Source: a virus (taxonomy: Duplodnaviria > Caudoviricetes). Taken from it: DNA of 30,097 nucleotides. The stretch spans positions 1-30,097 of the IMG/VR virus record IMGVR_UViG_3300020045_006770; one strand, written 5' to 3'. The translations under genes were made by a program, and so were the position numbers. The number at the start of each line of letters is the position of its first letter. The stretch's first letter is position 1. A model generated the notes under the pieces. It saw nothing but the letters and a program-made list of their open reading frames with translations, ran no database searches and was not told the DNA's origin. Below, in pieces: positions 1 through 7,475 of this stretch.

Positions 1-1
1 A

Positions 2-46
2 CCCCTAAATCCCTGTCATCCGACAGGCAGGCCCTGTAGGGGACTT
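2..46. repeat. REP-like palindromic element (CCCCTA...TAGGGG with nested CCTGTC/GACAGG hairpin)
   Basis: Nested inverted repeats in ACCCCTAAATCCCTGTCATCCGACAGGCAGGCCCTGTAGGGGACTT; lies at the window edge. Confidence 0.45.
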
Positions 47-72
47 TTAAATACTACGACTGCCCAATAAAT

Positions 73-104
73 AAAAGGCCATCCTGATTGCTCAGAATGG
101 CCTT
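73..104 (-). terminator. Rho-independent terminator downstream of the short recombinase
   Basis: Minus strand AAGGCCATTCTGA-GCAA-TCAGGATGGCC followed by TTTTATTTATT. Confidence 0.7.
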
Positions 105-135
105 AAATTAAGGTTCATATACTCCGATAGTTGAA

Positions 136-939
136 CTACATCGGAAGTGCAACTCTTGAAAGTAATTGTTTGCTCACATGAGTATAAATCTCGGTTGTCT
201 TGCTTGATGAATGGCCAAGAATCTTTTGTATTATCCTCAAATCTGTTCCGGATTCGAGTAACGAAGTGGCTGAACTGTGCCGAAGTATATGAAAGTGTGA
301 TTTCTGATCAATATATTTTTTGAAAATCAGTTGGCATGAATGAGCAGAATACAACCTTCCAAATTGACCGTTGAATAGATATTCTATTGGTTTGTATTCT
401 TTGAAGTATGCCCTCATAATATCAAGTATCACCGGAGAAAGCGGAACAACGCGATCTTTGTGACCTTTCGCATTGCGAATGTTGATAATCATTCGCTTTG
501 AATCAATATCTGCAATCTTCAGATTAACTACTTCGCTAACTCGTAATCCTACCGAAAATGCAAGCGATAAAACAGCCTTATGCTTCAGGTTTTTTATTCC
601 ATTGATTCGGGAAACAATCAAATCCTTATCAATCACCTGGGGTAAATGCTTTTCAGCTCTTGGATATTCAATGTGCCTGAATTTTAACGGCTGTTTCCCA
701 GTTAGTGAATAAAACAACTTAACTGCTGAAATTCGCTGTTTCCGACCATTTAACGAGTGTGCCAGCATCAACCATGCTTTAATCTGTTTTTCATTGATTT
801 CAGACGGTTTTGTCGCCACTTTATCGAAGTATTCCAAAAACAAGCGAACCTGAGAAGTATAGTTTTTAATTGTCAATACTCCATAATTTTTTAGCTTCAG
901 GTCTTCGGAATACATACTAACATACTTTCCGATATTCAT
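136..939 (-). CDS. Short tyrosine recombinase (XerD/IntI-like with N-terminal SAM-like domain); candidate cassette integrase
   Basis: GLRVSE, KGHKDR, HILRHS, LGHSSSKTTEIYTHV give the full R-K-H-R-H-Y catalytic set; 267 aa; no IntI-specific insertion visible before HxxRH. Confidence 0.92.
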   Translation of the reverse strand: MNIGKYVSMYSEDLKLKNYGVLTIKNYTSQVRLFLEYFDKVATKPSEINEKQIKAWLMLAHSLNGRKQRISAVKLFYSLTGKQPLKFRHIEYPRAEKHLPQVIDKDLIVSRINGIKNLKHKAVLSLAFSVGLRVSEVVNLKIADIDSKRMIINIRNAKGHKDRVVPLSPVILDIMRAYFKEYKPIEYLFNGQFGRLYSAHSCQLIFKKYIDQKSHFHILRHSSATSLLESGTDLRIIQKILGHSSSKTTEIYTHVSKQLLSRVALPM

Positions 940-977
940 GGTTTAATTATTTAAAAGTTAACTAATTACAGAGCTTT

Positions 978-997
978 TGTATAAATAGTAGTTATGG
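978..997 (+). mobile_element. attI-like recombination site
   Basis: TGTATAAA-TAGTA-GTTATGG has the same TAAA-N5-GTT geometry as the attI1 simple site; about 50 bp upstream of the recombinase start. Confidence 0.55.
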
Positions 998-1384
998 CTA
1001 ATACAAATCCTCCGAGAAAAGGCATTCAGTTAATTTGACAGTTTGACCTGAATCAAAAGCTATTTGACCAGCTTCCTTTCGATTGACAAACCTATCATCT
1101 GAAGTAATAAATCCCTGAGTTACTTTCCATTCATCGGTTGACACTTTCTTTTTTAATGATTCTTCGCCATTCAGAATATAGGAAGTAATAAAACAGTTAT
1201 GGTGTCGCCTTCCGCAAACGGTGAATCCAGAATCGACATTTCGCGGCTGATGTGCGTACTTTTTACCATCCTGATACCAAATTGCAGCGCAGATGATATA
1301 AGTACTAGCTATAACCCCAACTACCCGCAATTGGGGTGGTGTTGGGTTCTTATTGTTTAAATAATCGTTGTCACTTTCTCGCAT
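998..1384 (-). CDS. Cassette A ORF, phage-type hypothetical protein
   Basis: IICAAIW...CGRRHHNC...QGFITSDDRFVNRKEA...LFSEDLY; ATG at 1384 (or GTG at 1432) lies inside the attC-like site. Confidence 0.75.
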   Translation of the reverse strand: MRESDNDYLNNKNPTPPQLRVVGVIASTYIICAAIWYQDGKKYAHQPRNVDSGFTVCGRRHHNCFITSYILNGEESLKKKVSTDEWKVTQGFITSDDRFVNRKEAGQIAFDSGQTVKLTECLFSEDLY

Positions 1385-1440
1385 ATTGATAAATTTATAC
1401 TCGTTTCTCCCCAACTGACGTGTAGCTTCCACCGTTAGCG
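1309..1440 (+). mobile_element. attC-like site A
   Basis: CTATAAC-CCCAA-CTACCCGCAATTGGGG ... CCCCAACTGACGTGTAG-CTTCCACC-GTTAGCG, an imperfect inverted repeat with an extrahelical base. Confidence 0.75.
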
Positions 1441-1833
1441 GTCATTGTATTGCCATCCCATCGAGACGAGGTCTTCAATTTTTTTAGCCATTTTGGGATA
1501 GCTCATTGAAAATTTATCATCGTTTATGTAGGCATAAACTTGATTTTCTCCAATGATTCTTAGAACAGGCTTGTCCTCAAAGTTCAATGCAACTTCAAAG
1601 TTTTCAAACACCTTACTTTTACCAATAAATAGTTCGAGTGTAAGCGGTTTGTTTAGAAATTTTGCATACTCAACAAACATTCTATGTTTTATCGCATCAA
1701 TCTGCAAAAATGAATCAACTCCACCCCTAATATTTGGCAGTGGTGCGCCTGTTTCATTACAAAACTCGGTTGTAGTCATCCAGTCAATATTTAGGATGTA
1801 ATCAACCATTGGAATCAACTTTTTTGTTTTCAT
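1435..1833 (-). CDS. Cassette B ORF, hypothetical protein
   Basis: 132-aa ORF with AT-rich leader; its TAA stop is the complement of the TTA in the core site at 1435-1437. Confidence 0.8.
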   Translation of the reverse strand: MKTKKLIPMVDYILNIDWMTTTEFCNETGAPLPNIRGGVDSFLQIDAIKHRMFVEYAKFLNKPLTLELFIGKSKVFENFEVALNFEDKPVLRIIGENQVYAYINDDKFSMSYPKMAKKIEDLVSMGWQYNDR

Positions 1834-1869
1834 ATTTTAGTTTAAAGTATTGATTAATAAACAACGAAC

Positions 1870-2002
1870 CGCTAACATGTTGCTACCCGCAAGTTGGGTA
1901 CCCGTGGTTTGCAATCTTCATTTGTACCTGTTAAATCGGCTCTGACAGGAAAGGCTTCCGGTACTTATCCCAACCTGAACGTGTAGCACAGTACCGTTAT
2001 CC
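1870..2002 (+). mobile_element. attC-like site B
   Basis: CGCTAAC-ATGTT-GCTACCCGCAAGTTGGG ... CCCAACCTGAACGTGTAGC-ACAGTACC-GTTATCC; same arm motifs as site A. Confidence 0.75.
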
Positions 2003-2023
2003 CTTTTAGGTCTAATGTCGCAC

Positions 2024-3298
2024 CTAAACGGCCACCTGTGCGATGGCGGTTAAATTATTGCGCACCAGGCTAATTATCTGGTCGTGATATTCGCTGTTTT
2101 GATTGCATAGGCCGCGCGATTGTACAATCTCCATGCGGTCGAGTGCTACCTCGATAGTTTCGATGCTTTTTTCGTCTTTGCGGGCCGACATGATCAACGA
2201 ATTGGCTTTTGCATAGTATTTGTTGATAAATAAGCAATGATGCAGCTCGTCGCCTTCTTTCATAAATTCGGCTACATTGGCGAGTACTACAATGTTCAAA
2301 TCGCCTTCCGACAGTTTAATGTCAAAGAATTTCGCTTTTTCTAGCATATACTGTTCTTCTGCCTGTTCAAGGTGTTTGCGTTTATTTTCGGCTGATTCAA
2401 TCGCTTGTTTCTTTTTCTTTTTAAGCATTAAGCGATCGTGTTCGGCCTTCAGGCTTTTAGGGCATATATATGCGGCATTGCGTACGTCTTTCCGGAAGTA
2501 AGTCAATAAGTCTAGGTAATCAATCCACATTGAAGCATCGGTAACCGTGTATTTATTCCGGATGCAAATACGGATTGATGACCAGCGGTAATGTGTGGCG
2601 CGATCCATGCTATACCTCAACAAACTGTACTGTTTGGCTTTCAGGAGTGTTTCGAAATTTGGCGATAACAATAATTCAGTAAAAAACTTGATTGGCGATA
2701 TGTAGTGAAAATCTCCTTTAAACCCGTTGCGCCTGAAAATGGGTAAAATCTGCGCTTTGGGGTGTGTTTTCGATGGATAAAGGTTATGCCTGAAGTTTGC
2801 TTTGTAACTTCCGTTATTCTTTACTTTCATTTCGCTGCTAAATGCCCACGAATCGCAAGCGGCTGAAAGACCGTTAACCGATAGTGTCATTGTTGTTGCG
2901 TGGCCTTTTTCGTCGATCCAGTGTTGCATCACTTCTTTGGCGAAGTATTCGGCGGGCCAGTTCATCGCCAGGCGTTTGCTGATCCAAACCATGCGCACGA
3001 CCTGATAACCGCCGCATGTGGTTACAACGGCCATGTAATCGGCTTCATTACCTCTGAACCTGTAATGCTTAATTCGTTTTAGTTTGGCATTGCAGCTGGG
3101 GCAAATTTGCCGTTTGTGGTCGTTGGCTGGCTTCCAGGAGTGACCGCACTCGAGGCAATACATTTTACCCCGCGAAAGGTGGGCGTATTTTTCGAGGCAA
3201 TGATCGTAACCCCATTGTATTTGCGAATGAGTAACGGGCGGCAAAGTCCATTTACTCAACTCTGTTATTTCGCGTGCAAGCTGGTATTGTGGTTTCAT
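2024..3298 (-). CDS. pcfJ: PcfJ-like protein
   Basis: N-terminal CxxC..CxxC, WIDYLDLL..F.KD..NA.Y.CP..LKAEHD, EGDELHHC, ETIEV, QSRG motifs; follows pcfK. Confidence 0.85.
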   Translation of the reverse strand: MKPQYQLAREITELSKWTLPPVTHSQIQWGYDHCLEKYAHLSRGKMYCLECGHSWKPANDHKRQICPSCNAKLKRIKHYRFRGNEADYMAVVTTCGGYQVVRMVWISKRLAMNWPAEYFAKEVMQHWIDEKGHATTMTLSVNGLSAACDSWAFSSEMKVKNNGSYKANFRHNLYPSKTHPKAQILPIFRRNGFKGDFHYISPIKFFTELLLSPNFETLLKAKQYSLLRYSMDRATHYRWSSIRICIRNKYTVTDASMWIDYLDLLTYFRKDVRNAAYICPKSLKAEHDRLMLKKKKKQAIESAENKRKHLEQAEEQYMLEKAKFFDIKLSEGDLNIVVLANVAEFMKEGDELHHCLFINKYYAKANSLIMSARKDEKSIETIEVALDRMEIVQSRGLCNQNSEYHDQIISLVRNNLTAIAQVAV

Positions 3299-3300
3299 GG

Positions 3301-3711
3301 CTAAAACAGGCTTGTTTGAATAGATGCGGGTGTCTCTGCTTTTTTAGGTGCTTTTGGCGCGGTTTTCATTTTGGCAAGCGCTTCGGCCTGAAACTGGTTT
3401 CGTGCGTTTTCCCTTAGTTCGGCTTTGTCGGCTTCGGTGAGTTCGATGGTGTGATTTACAACCACACGCCCATTAACCGGAGCGCCTACCTCGATCTGGT
3501 CCTCATCGTAATAATGTACGGCCATGCCGAAAACCTCATCGTCGGTAAAACCATTGCATCCGCTGTTTTGAACGGTGGTTAAAATGTAGTTGATGCAATT
3601 GTCGATTGTTTTACCCTCTTTGGCAAACGATACGGCGAATAGTTCGTCGGTGGCTGCCCGGCCTTCCAGATAGCTCTGAATGGTGTTTTTAAATGCGTCT
3701 GATGTTTTCAT
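3301..3711 (-). CDS. pcfK: PcfK-like protein (AcrIIA9 family)
   Basis: FKNTIQSYL..RA..DELFA, CINYIL..VQ.SGCNGF.DDEVFGMAVHYYDED and a C-terminal SLF. Confidence 0.85.
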   Translation of the reverse strand: MKTSDAFKNTIQSYLEGRAATDELFAVSFAKEGKTIDNCINYILTTVQNSGCNGFTDDEVFGMAVHYYDEDQIEVGAPVNGRVVVNHTIELTEADKAELRENARNQFQAEALAKMKTAPKAPKKAETPASIQTSLF

Positions 3712-3727
3712 TGTAGTTAGTGGTGGT

Positions 3728-3940
3728 TTATTGTATTAATCCCAATTCTTTGAGGGCGGTTATCAGGTTAATGTCGGTTTCTTTTTCGGCGGTTATTTTG
3801 CCCTCTTTGCATCCGTAGTTGTGGCACTTGTTTTTAAATACCGATCCGTTGTGCTTTACGGTGTTGTAACCTGTGCCGCCACATCCGCGGCACTGTTTGG
3901 TTACTGTTTCAATTCGCTTTACCCTAAATTCAATTGCCAT
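3728..3940 (-). CDS. Small Zn-finger protein (DnaJ-type CxxCxGxG)
   Basis: CRGCGGTG...CHNYGCKEG; overlaps neighbours in the operon. Confidence 0.7.
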   Translation of the reverse strand: MAIEFRVKRIETVTKQCRGCGGTGYNTVKHNGSVFKNKCHNYGCKEGKITAEKETDINLITALKELGLIQ

Positions 3941-4139
3941 TGTTTACTGATTTACTGATGGATTGACTGACTGATTTTTTCCATACCGAATCTAAATTTT
4001 CGGGCCTGCAACATTCGTTTGGCGATAGTTCCGGGCATTTGCCTGATGGTATTTCGCAACCGTCGCAACACATTGGCGCATTGCGTCTGGTTGGCTGTTT
4101 TACCAGCTCGTAGGTTATTCCGTTGTAGGTGCGTTGCAT
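3930..4139 (-). CDS. Cys-rich hypothetical protein
   Basis: 69-aa ORF translationally coupled in the operon. Confidence 0.6.
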   Translation of the reverse strand: MQRTYNGITYELVKQPTRRNAPMCCDGCEIPSGKCPELSPNECCRPENLDSVWKKSVSQSISKSVNNGN

Positions 4140-4339
4140 TATAGTGCGAGGTGTTGACCGTTGATGCGGGCTGTTGATAATGTTACGCTTTGCTTAACCG
4201 GATCTTTCGATTCGGGCATGGGTAGTATCGGGTAACCCAACAGCCAGTTGTAGCCTTTCGGTACGTGACAGTTTACTTTTCCGTTTACAAATGGATTGAA
4301 ATCGCGCATCTGCATTTCAAATTTAAACTCTTTGGCCAT
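4139..4339 (-). CDS. Hypothetical protein
   Basis: 66-aa ORF with TAATG stop/start coupling. Confidence 0.6.
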   Translation of the reverse strand: MAKEFKFEMQMRDFNPFVNGKVNCHVPKGYNWLLGYPILPMPESKDPVKQSVTLSTARINGQHLAL

Positions 4340-4342
4340 GGG

Positions 4343-4657
4343 TTACAGTTTTGTAAGTTTCTGAATGTTGAACTGTTTTGAATAGTAGGTTTTTCCGGGG
4401 TCGCGGTCGAGTAGTTTGCGCCCCTGGTAATTGAGTACGGCCTCAACTTTATCGCCTTCTTCAATTTCGGGCAGGTGGTTTATTTTGTCGTTCCATACGG
4501 TGCATTGAAAATAATCATCCGGATATTTTTCGTCTCCAAATTCGTCGCGTTGTGCGGGTTTCCGGAGTACAATTTCGATGAACTTATGCTGTCCGGTTGC
4601 TGATGGTGTAACCGGGCCGATGCTGTCGATGTAAAATTTGTGTGCTGGTAGGTACAT
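4343..4657 (-). CDS. OB-fold ssDNA-binding-like protein (DUF3127/SSB-like)
   Basis: YFQCTVWNDKI...GDKVEAVLNYQGR pattern. Confidence 0.65.
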   Translation of the reverse strand: MYLPAHKFYIDSIGPVTPSATGQHKFIEIVLRKPAQRDEFGDEKYPDDYFQCTVWNDKINHLPEIEEGDKVEAVLNYQGRKLLDRDPGKTYYSKQFNIQKLTKL

Positions 4658-4659
4658 AG

Positions 4660-4926
4660 CTATTGAATTACTGATGGATTGATGGATTGATTTTTTAATT
4701 GACTTATGGTCGATTTCAGGAGAAAGTATTGAGCGACTCGTTTACCTGATTTTAGCTTAATCCATTGTTTTTGGATTGGGATGTTGTAAGGATCAACCCT
4801 AAGATCGAAAATGCGGCCCTTCAGGTTCATACATTGGTAAAAATTAAGAGCTTCCAGCGCTGTTATTTTTCGGCCATCTTCAAGGTGTTTCCTGATTAGA
4901 TTCATGTGTGTTTGCGTGTGACTCAT
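4660..4926 (-). CDS. Winged helix-turn-helix protein
   Basis: IRKHLEDGRKITALEA...L.GRIFDLR...VAQY, a common phage HTH pattern. Confidence 0.75.
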   Translation of the reverse strand: MSHTQTHMNLIRKHLEDGRKITALEALNFYQCMNLKGRIFDLRVDPYNIPIQKQWIKLKSGKRVAQYFLLKSTISQLKNQSINPSVIQ

Positions 4927-4931
4927 GGCTC

Positions 4932-5729
4932 TTAGTTTTCGGCGTTAACGTATGCCAGGCTGAATTCTTTTTCGATGGTAGCGGTGCACGTTATGGCGAT
5001 GGCTTTTTCAATGGCGGTGTCGAATACTTCTATCTCGGGTTGATTGCGTTTTTCGGCACGTTCTTTCATTTGGGTGTGTAACCATTCGTTAATCTTCAGC
5101 ATCGACGAATCGACATCTTTTTCCCTGATTACAAAACTTTGGGTGTATTGGCCGTTGTCGGTCTTTACGCATACATCAATCTGGTAAAATTTACGTTCTA
5201 CGTCCATTTCTTCATTGTCCAAATCTTCGGCGATTTCCTCGTCGGTTTCTTCATCCGGAATAATGATGCAGTCGGTAAAGTTTCGCACGTTCATAATGAA
5301 AAATGGTTCATCGAAATTCAGTTCTACAAAGTCTTTAATTACATCGATTGCCATTTGCACGCTGTTGGCATATAACAAAAACCGTTTTTTTGATTTACCC
5401 GACTGGATGCTTACCGACCACGGCACCAGTCCGCTCATGTAAACCAATTTTGCCATGCGCTGCTGATTGCTTACCTCAACCTCGTTAATGTCGCCGGTAC
5501 CCTGAAAAAATTGAATTTCAGTAATTTTATCAACATCGAGCAAAGTGCCTCTTTTAAACAGGATTTCGTTTCTTTCAATGGAAACCACTTCGTGAGTGTC
5601 ATTATCTACTAAATCTTCAATCCATGTTTTCAGAACATCAATAGCCAGGTATTTACCAAGCATTTCGCGAATATTCGAGGTTTTAAACCTCACTTCATCG
5701 AGCCGTGTTTCAATTAATTTTTGTGTCAT
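4932..5729 (-). CDS. Protein with RpoB-insert-like N-terminus and DUF4494-like C-terminus
   Basis: VLKTWIEDLVDNDTHEVVSIERNEIL resembles Bacteroidota RpoB VLKTW.EDFVDEDTGEVVSIERNE (recalled, not searched). Confidence 0.7.
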   Translation of the reverse strand: MTQKLIETRLDEVRFKTSNIREMLGKYLAIDVLKTWIEDLVDNDTHEVVSIERNEILFKRGTLLDVDKITEIQFFQGTGDINEVEVSNQQRMAKLVYMSGLVPWSVSIQSGKSKKRFLLYANSVQMAIDVIKDFVELNFDEPFFIMNVRNFTDCIIIPDEETDEEIAEDLDNEEMDVERKFYQIDVCVKTDNGQYTQSFVIREKDVDSSMLKINEWLHTQMKERAEKRNQPEIEVFDTAIEKAIAITCTATIEKEFSLAYVNAEN

Positions 5730-5883
5730 TGTCGTTAGTTTTATCGTAGGTGAATGTTATTTGACTCGCGGGTATTTTCAACTCATTCGATATTTTCGCC
5801 CGAAGTTGTTCGAGTGCTTTTTCGTTTTCAATAATGCATTGATCCTGGTCACAATGCACCATAATGCGGCTTACTTTAATCAT
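5710..5883 (-). CDS. Small hypothetical protein (57 aa, MIKVSRIMVHCD...)
   Basis: Manually translated; fills the gap between two operon genes and overlaps both. Confidence 0.55.
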   Translation of the reverse strand: MIKVSRIMVHCDQDQCIIENEKALEQLRAKISNELKIPASQITFTYDKTNDNDTKIN

Positions 5884-6445
5884 TTTGTTGTAGAAATTTT
5901 TGAATATTTAATAGTACTATTTGTTGTTTTTGTGTAACCTTTTTACTGTCGATGTAATGTTTTATGTATAACTCAATGGCTTCGCACGAATACCCGTTTT
6001 GTTTCATCAGTTTTAAATTGCGGGTATGCATCCTGTCCATTTTTGCGGCTAATTCGGGGTTATAAGTACAATCGTCTAATGGTTCGGCGGCTTCGCTTAA
6101 CTCGCAAAAGGTGGCAACCTCAACCATACGGCCCTGTGTGGCTATTATCTTTTGCCCTACGGTGTTTTTCCTGAAGCTGGCAAAGCGCGACTGTGCATTG
6201 CATTTAATCATGGTGAGCACAAATTTGTCGAGTTCGGTGGTGGGCTGTCCGTTTACTATTTTGCGTGTTGGGCGGCTCATCAGGTCGGCCAGTTTACATT
6301 CGGGTTTGCGCATCAGATCAACAATGATTTCATTCATCAAATCGCATTCCCAGCCTTCGAGGTGTTGAACCCGGCACTGGTGGCGTGCATAATCCATCCA
6401 GTTTGGGTAACGAAAGCCGATGTATGCGGTGATGGTTGCGTTCAT
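5876..6445 (-). CDS. Possible sigma-factor-like transcription regulator
   Basis: YIGFRYPNWMDYAR...DLMNEIIVDL resembles sigma region 2 of phage ECF-like factors; weak similarity. Confidence 0.5.
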   Translation of the reverse strand: MNATITAYIGFRYPNWMDYARHQCRVQHLEGWECDLMNEIIVDLMRKPECKLADLMSRPTRKIVNGQPTTELDKFVLTMIKCNAQSRFASFRKNTVGQKIIATQGRMVEVATFCELSEAAEPLDDCTYNPELAAKMDRMHTRNLKLMKQNGYSCEAIELYIKHYIDSKKVTQKQQIVLLNIQKFLQQND

Positions 6446-6480
6446 TTAGTGTTGAGTTACTGATGGATTGAAGGATTGAT

Positions 6481-6696
6481 TTATCGTTGTGTGAATCCGC
6501 AAATGGTGCATGTTTCGTAATGGCCGCCGTGGGTTTGTCCGTCGGGCGTAAACTGGTGCGGGCAAATGATTTGAAGGCTTAACCGTGTGCTCCGTAACTC
6601 TTGTGCGCGGCGTTCGATCTGTGTTATTTCCTGATCGATGCGAAATACAGTGCATTTGATGTGGTCGGCCATTAGGTCGGGTTCGGTGGTTATCAT
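6481..6696 (-). CDS. Coiled-coil plus Zn-ribbon hypothetical protein
   Basis: MITTEPD...CPH...CTICG; start reassigned to the ATG at 6696. Confidence 0.6.
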   Translation of the reverse strand: MITTEPDLMADHIKCTVFRIDQEITQIERRAQELRSTRLSLQIICPHQFTPDGQTHGGHYETCTICGFTQR

Positions 6697-6800
6697 GGCT
6701 TGTTGTTTCGTGGTGGTTGCGGTTTGGTTCGGTTGGCCCCGTACATAAATGCGCAAATGATTAATACCAAAACACACCAGATAATAAATGCTTTTATCAT
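6693..6800 (-). CDS. Small membrane peptide (35 aa)
   Basis: MIKAFIIWCVLVLIICAFMYGANR...; ATGA overlap with the next gene. Confidence 0.5.
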   Translation of the reverse strand: MIKAFIIWCVLVLIICAFMYGANRTKPQPPRNNKP

Positions 6801-6888
6801 TTTGTAAGGTTTTAAAATAGTTGCTCCCGTGACGTACCTCGCGGACCAATCAGGAGCAACAGGCGTTGAAATTGTTAAAAGAATATCG

Positions 6889-7012
6889 GGGAACCGGAGG
6901 GATTCGAACCCTCACCACCATTTCCGTTTTTCAACTTGCTTTCAACGGTTCGTGTACGTTGTTCCGTTGGTGGCATCATCCGCTATGGCAATTCCAATTC
7001 TGCCACGGTTCC
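6889..7012 (-). ncRNA. tRNA-like RNA (124 nt) with expanded centre
   Basis: Acceptor GGAACCG/CGGTTCC, D arm GCA-GAATTGGAAT-TGC, T arm GAGGG-TTCGAAT-CCCTC; no canonical anticodon arm. Confidence 0.65.
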
Positions 7013-7156
7013 ATGTTGCCGTCTTTCCGTGCTGTCGTTATTTTTACCGCCTCCTGGCTATTTCTTAGCCGCGTCATGCTGTGCGGTTTTGCCCCGAGCC
7101 TTACATAACTGCTTTAACTTCGGGCATGGTCTCATTTGCAGCAGTAACCATTTGCG

Positions 7157-7229
7157 TAGCAAGTACAGGATTCGAACCTGTGACCTCGGGATTATGAAAC
7201 CCGCGAGCTGACCTCTGCTCTAACTTGCA
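7157..7229 (-). tRNA. tRNA-Met(CAT), initiator-like
   Basis: TGCAAGT TA GAGC AGAGGTCA GCTC G CGGGT TTCATAA TCCCG AGGTC ACAGG TTCGAAT CCTGT ACTTGCT A; 1:72 mismatch and A11:U24; CCA not encoded. Confidence 0.88.
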
Positions 7230-7475
7230 ATGTGTTTTTTGAATGGGGGCAGTGTCATTCCTAGTTTGCCAATGCCCCCGCATTCCCATGCTTGGATGTA
7301 GTTCAATTCTCAGTTTTGAAATACACCTCTTTTATAATTTTTGCAGCCTTTTGTTTGGCTTCTATTTGTGTTTCAGCTTCAACTTTAAAAATCATCGATT
7401 TGGGGATTCCACGTATCAGCAATCCTTCAATGCACCGGCATGTGATGTGCGAACCGTTTTTCCAACAATACCAAA

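Noticed and set aside
121-148. Imperfect inverted repeat spanning the recombinase stop codon, as an element end
   Set aside because: Short and imperfect, with no matching partner or target duplication found.
136-939. Host xerC/xerD or a canonical intI
   Set aside because: Short, embedded in a phage operon and lacking the IntI insertion, so no gene symbol was assigned.
1309-2002. attC-like repeats as a CRISPR array or simple terminators
   Set aside because: Only two long imperfect units separated by whole genes, no U tracts, and no cas genes.
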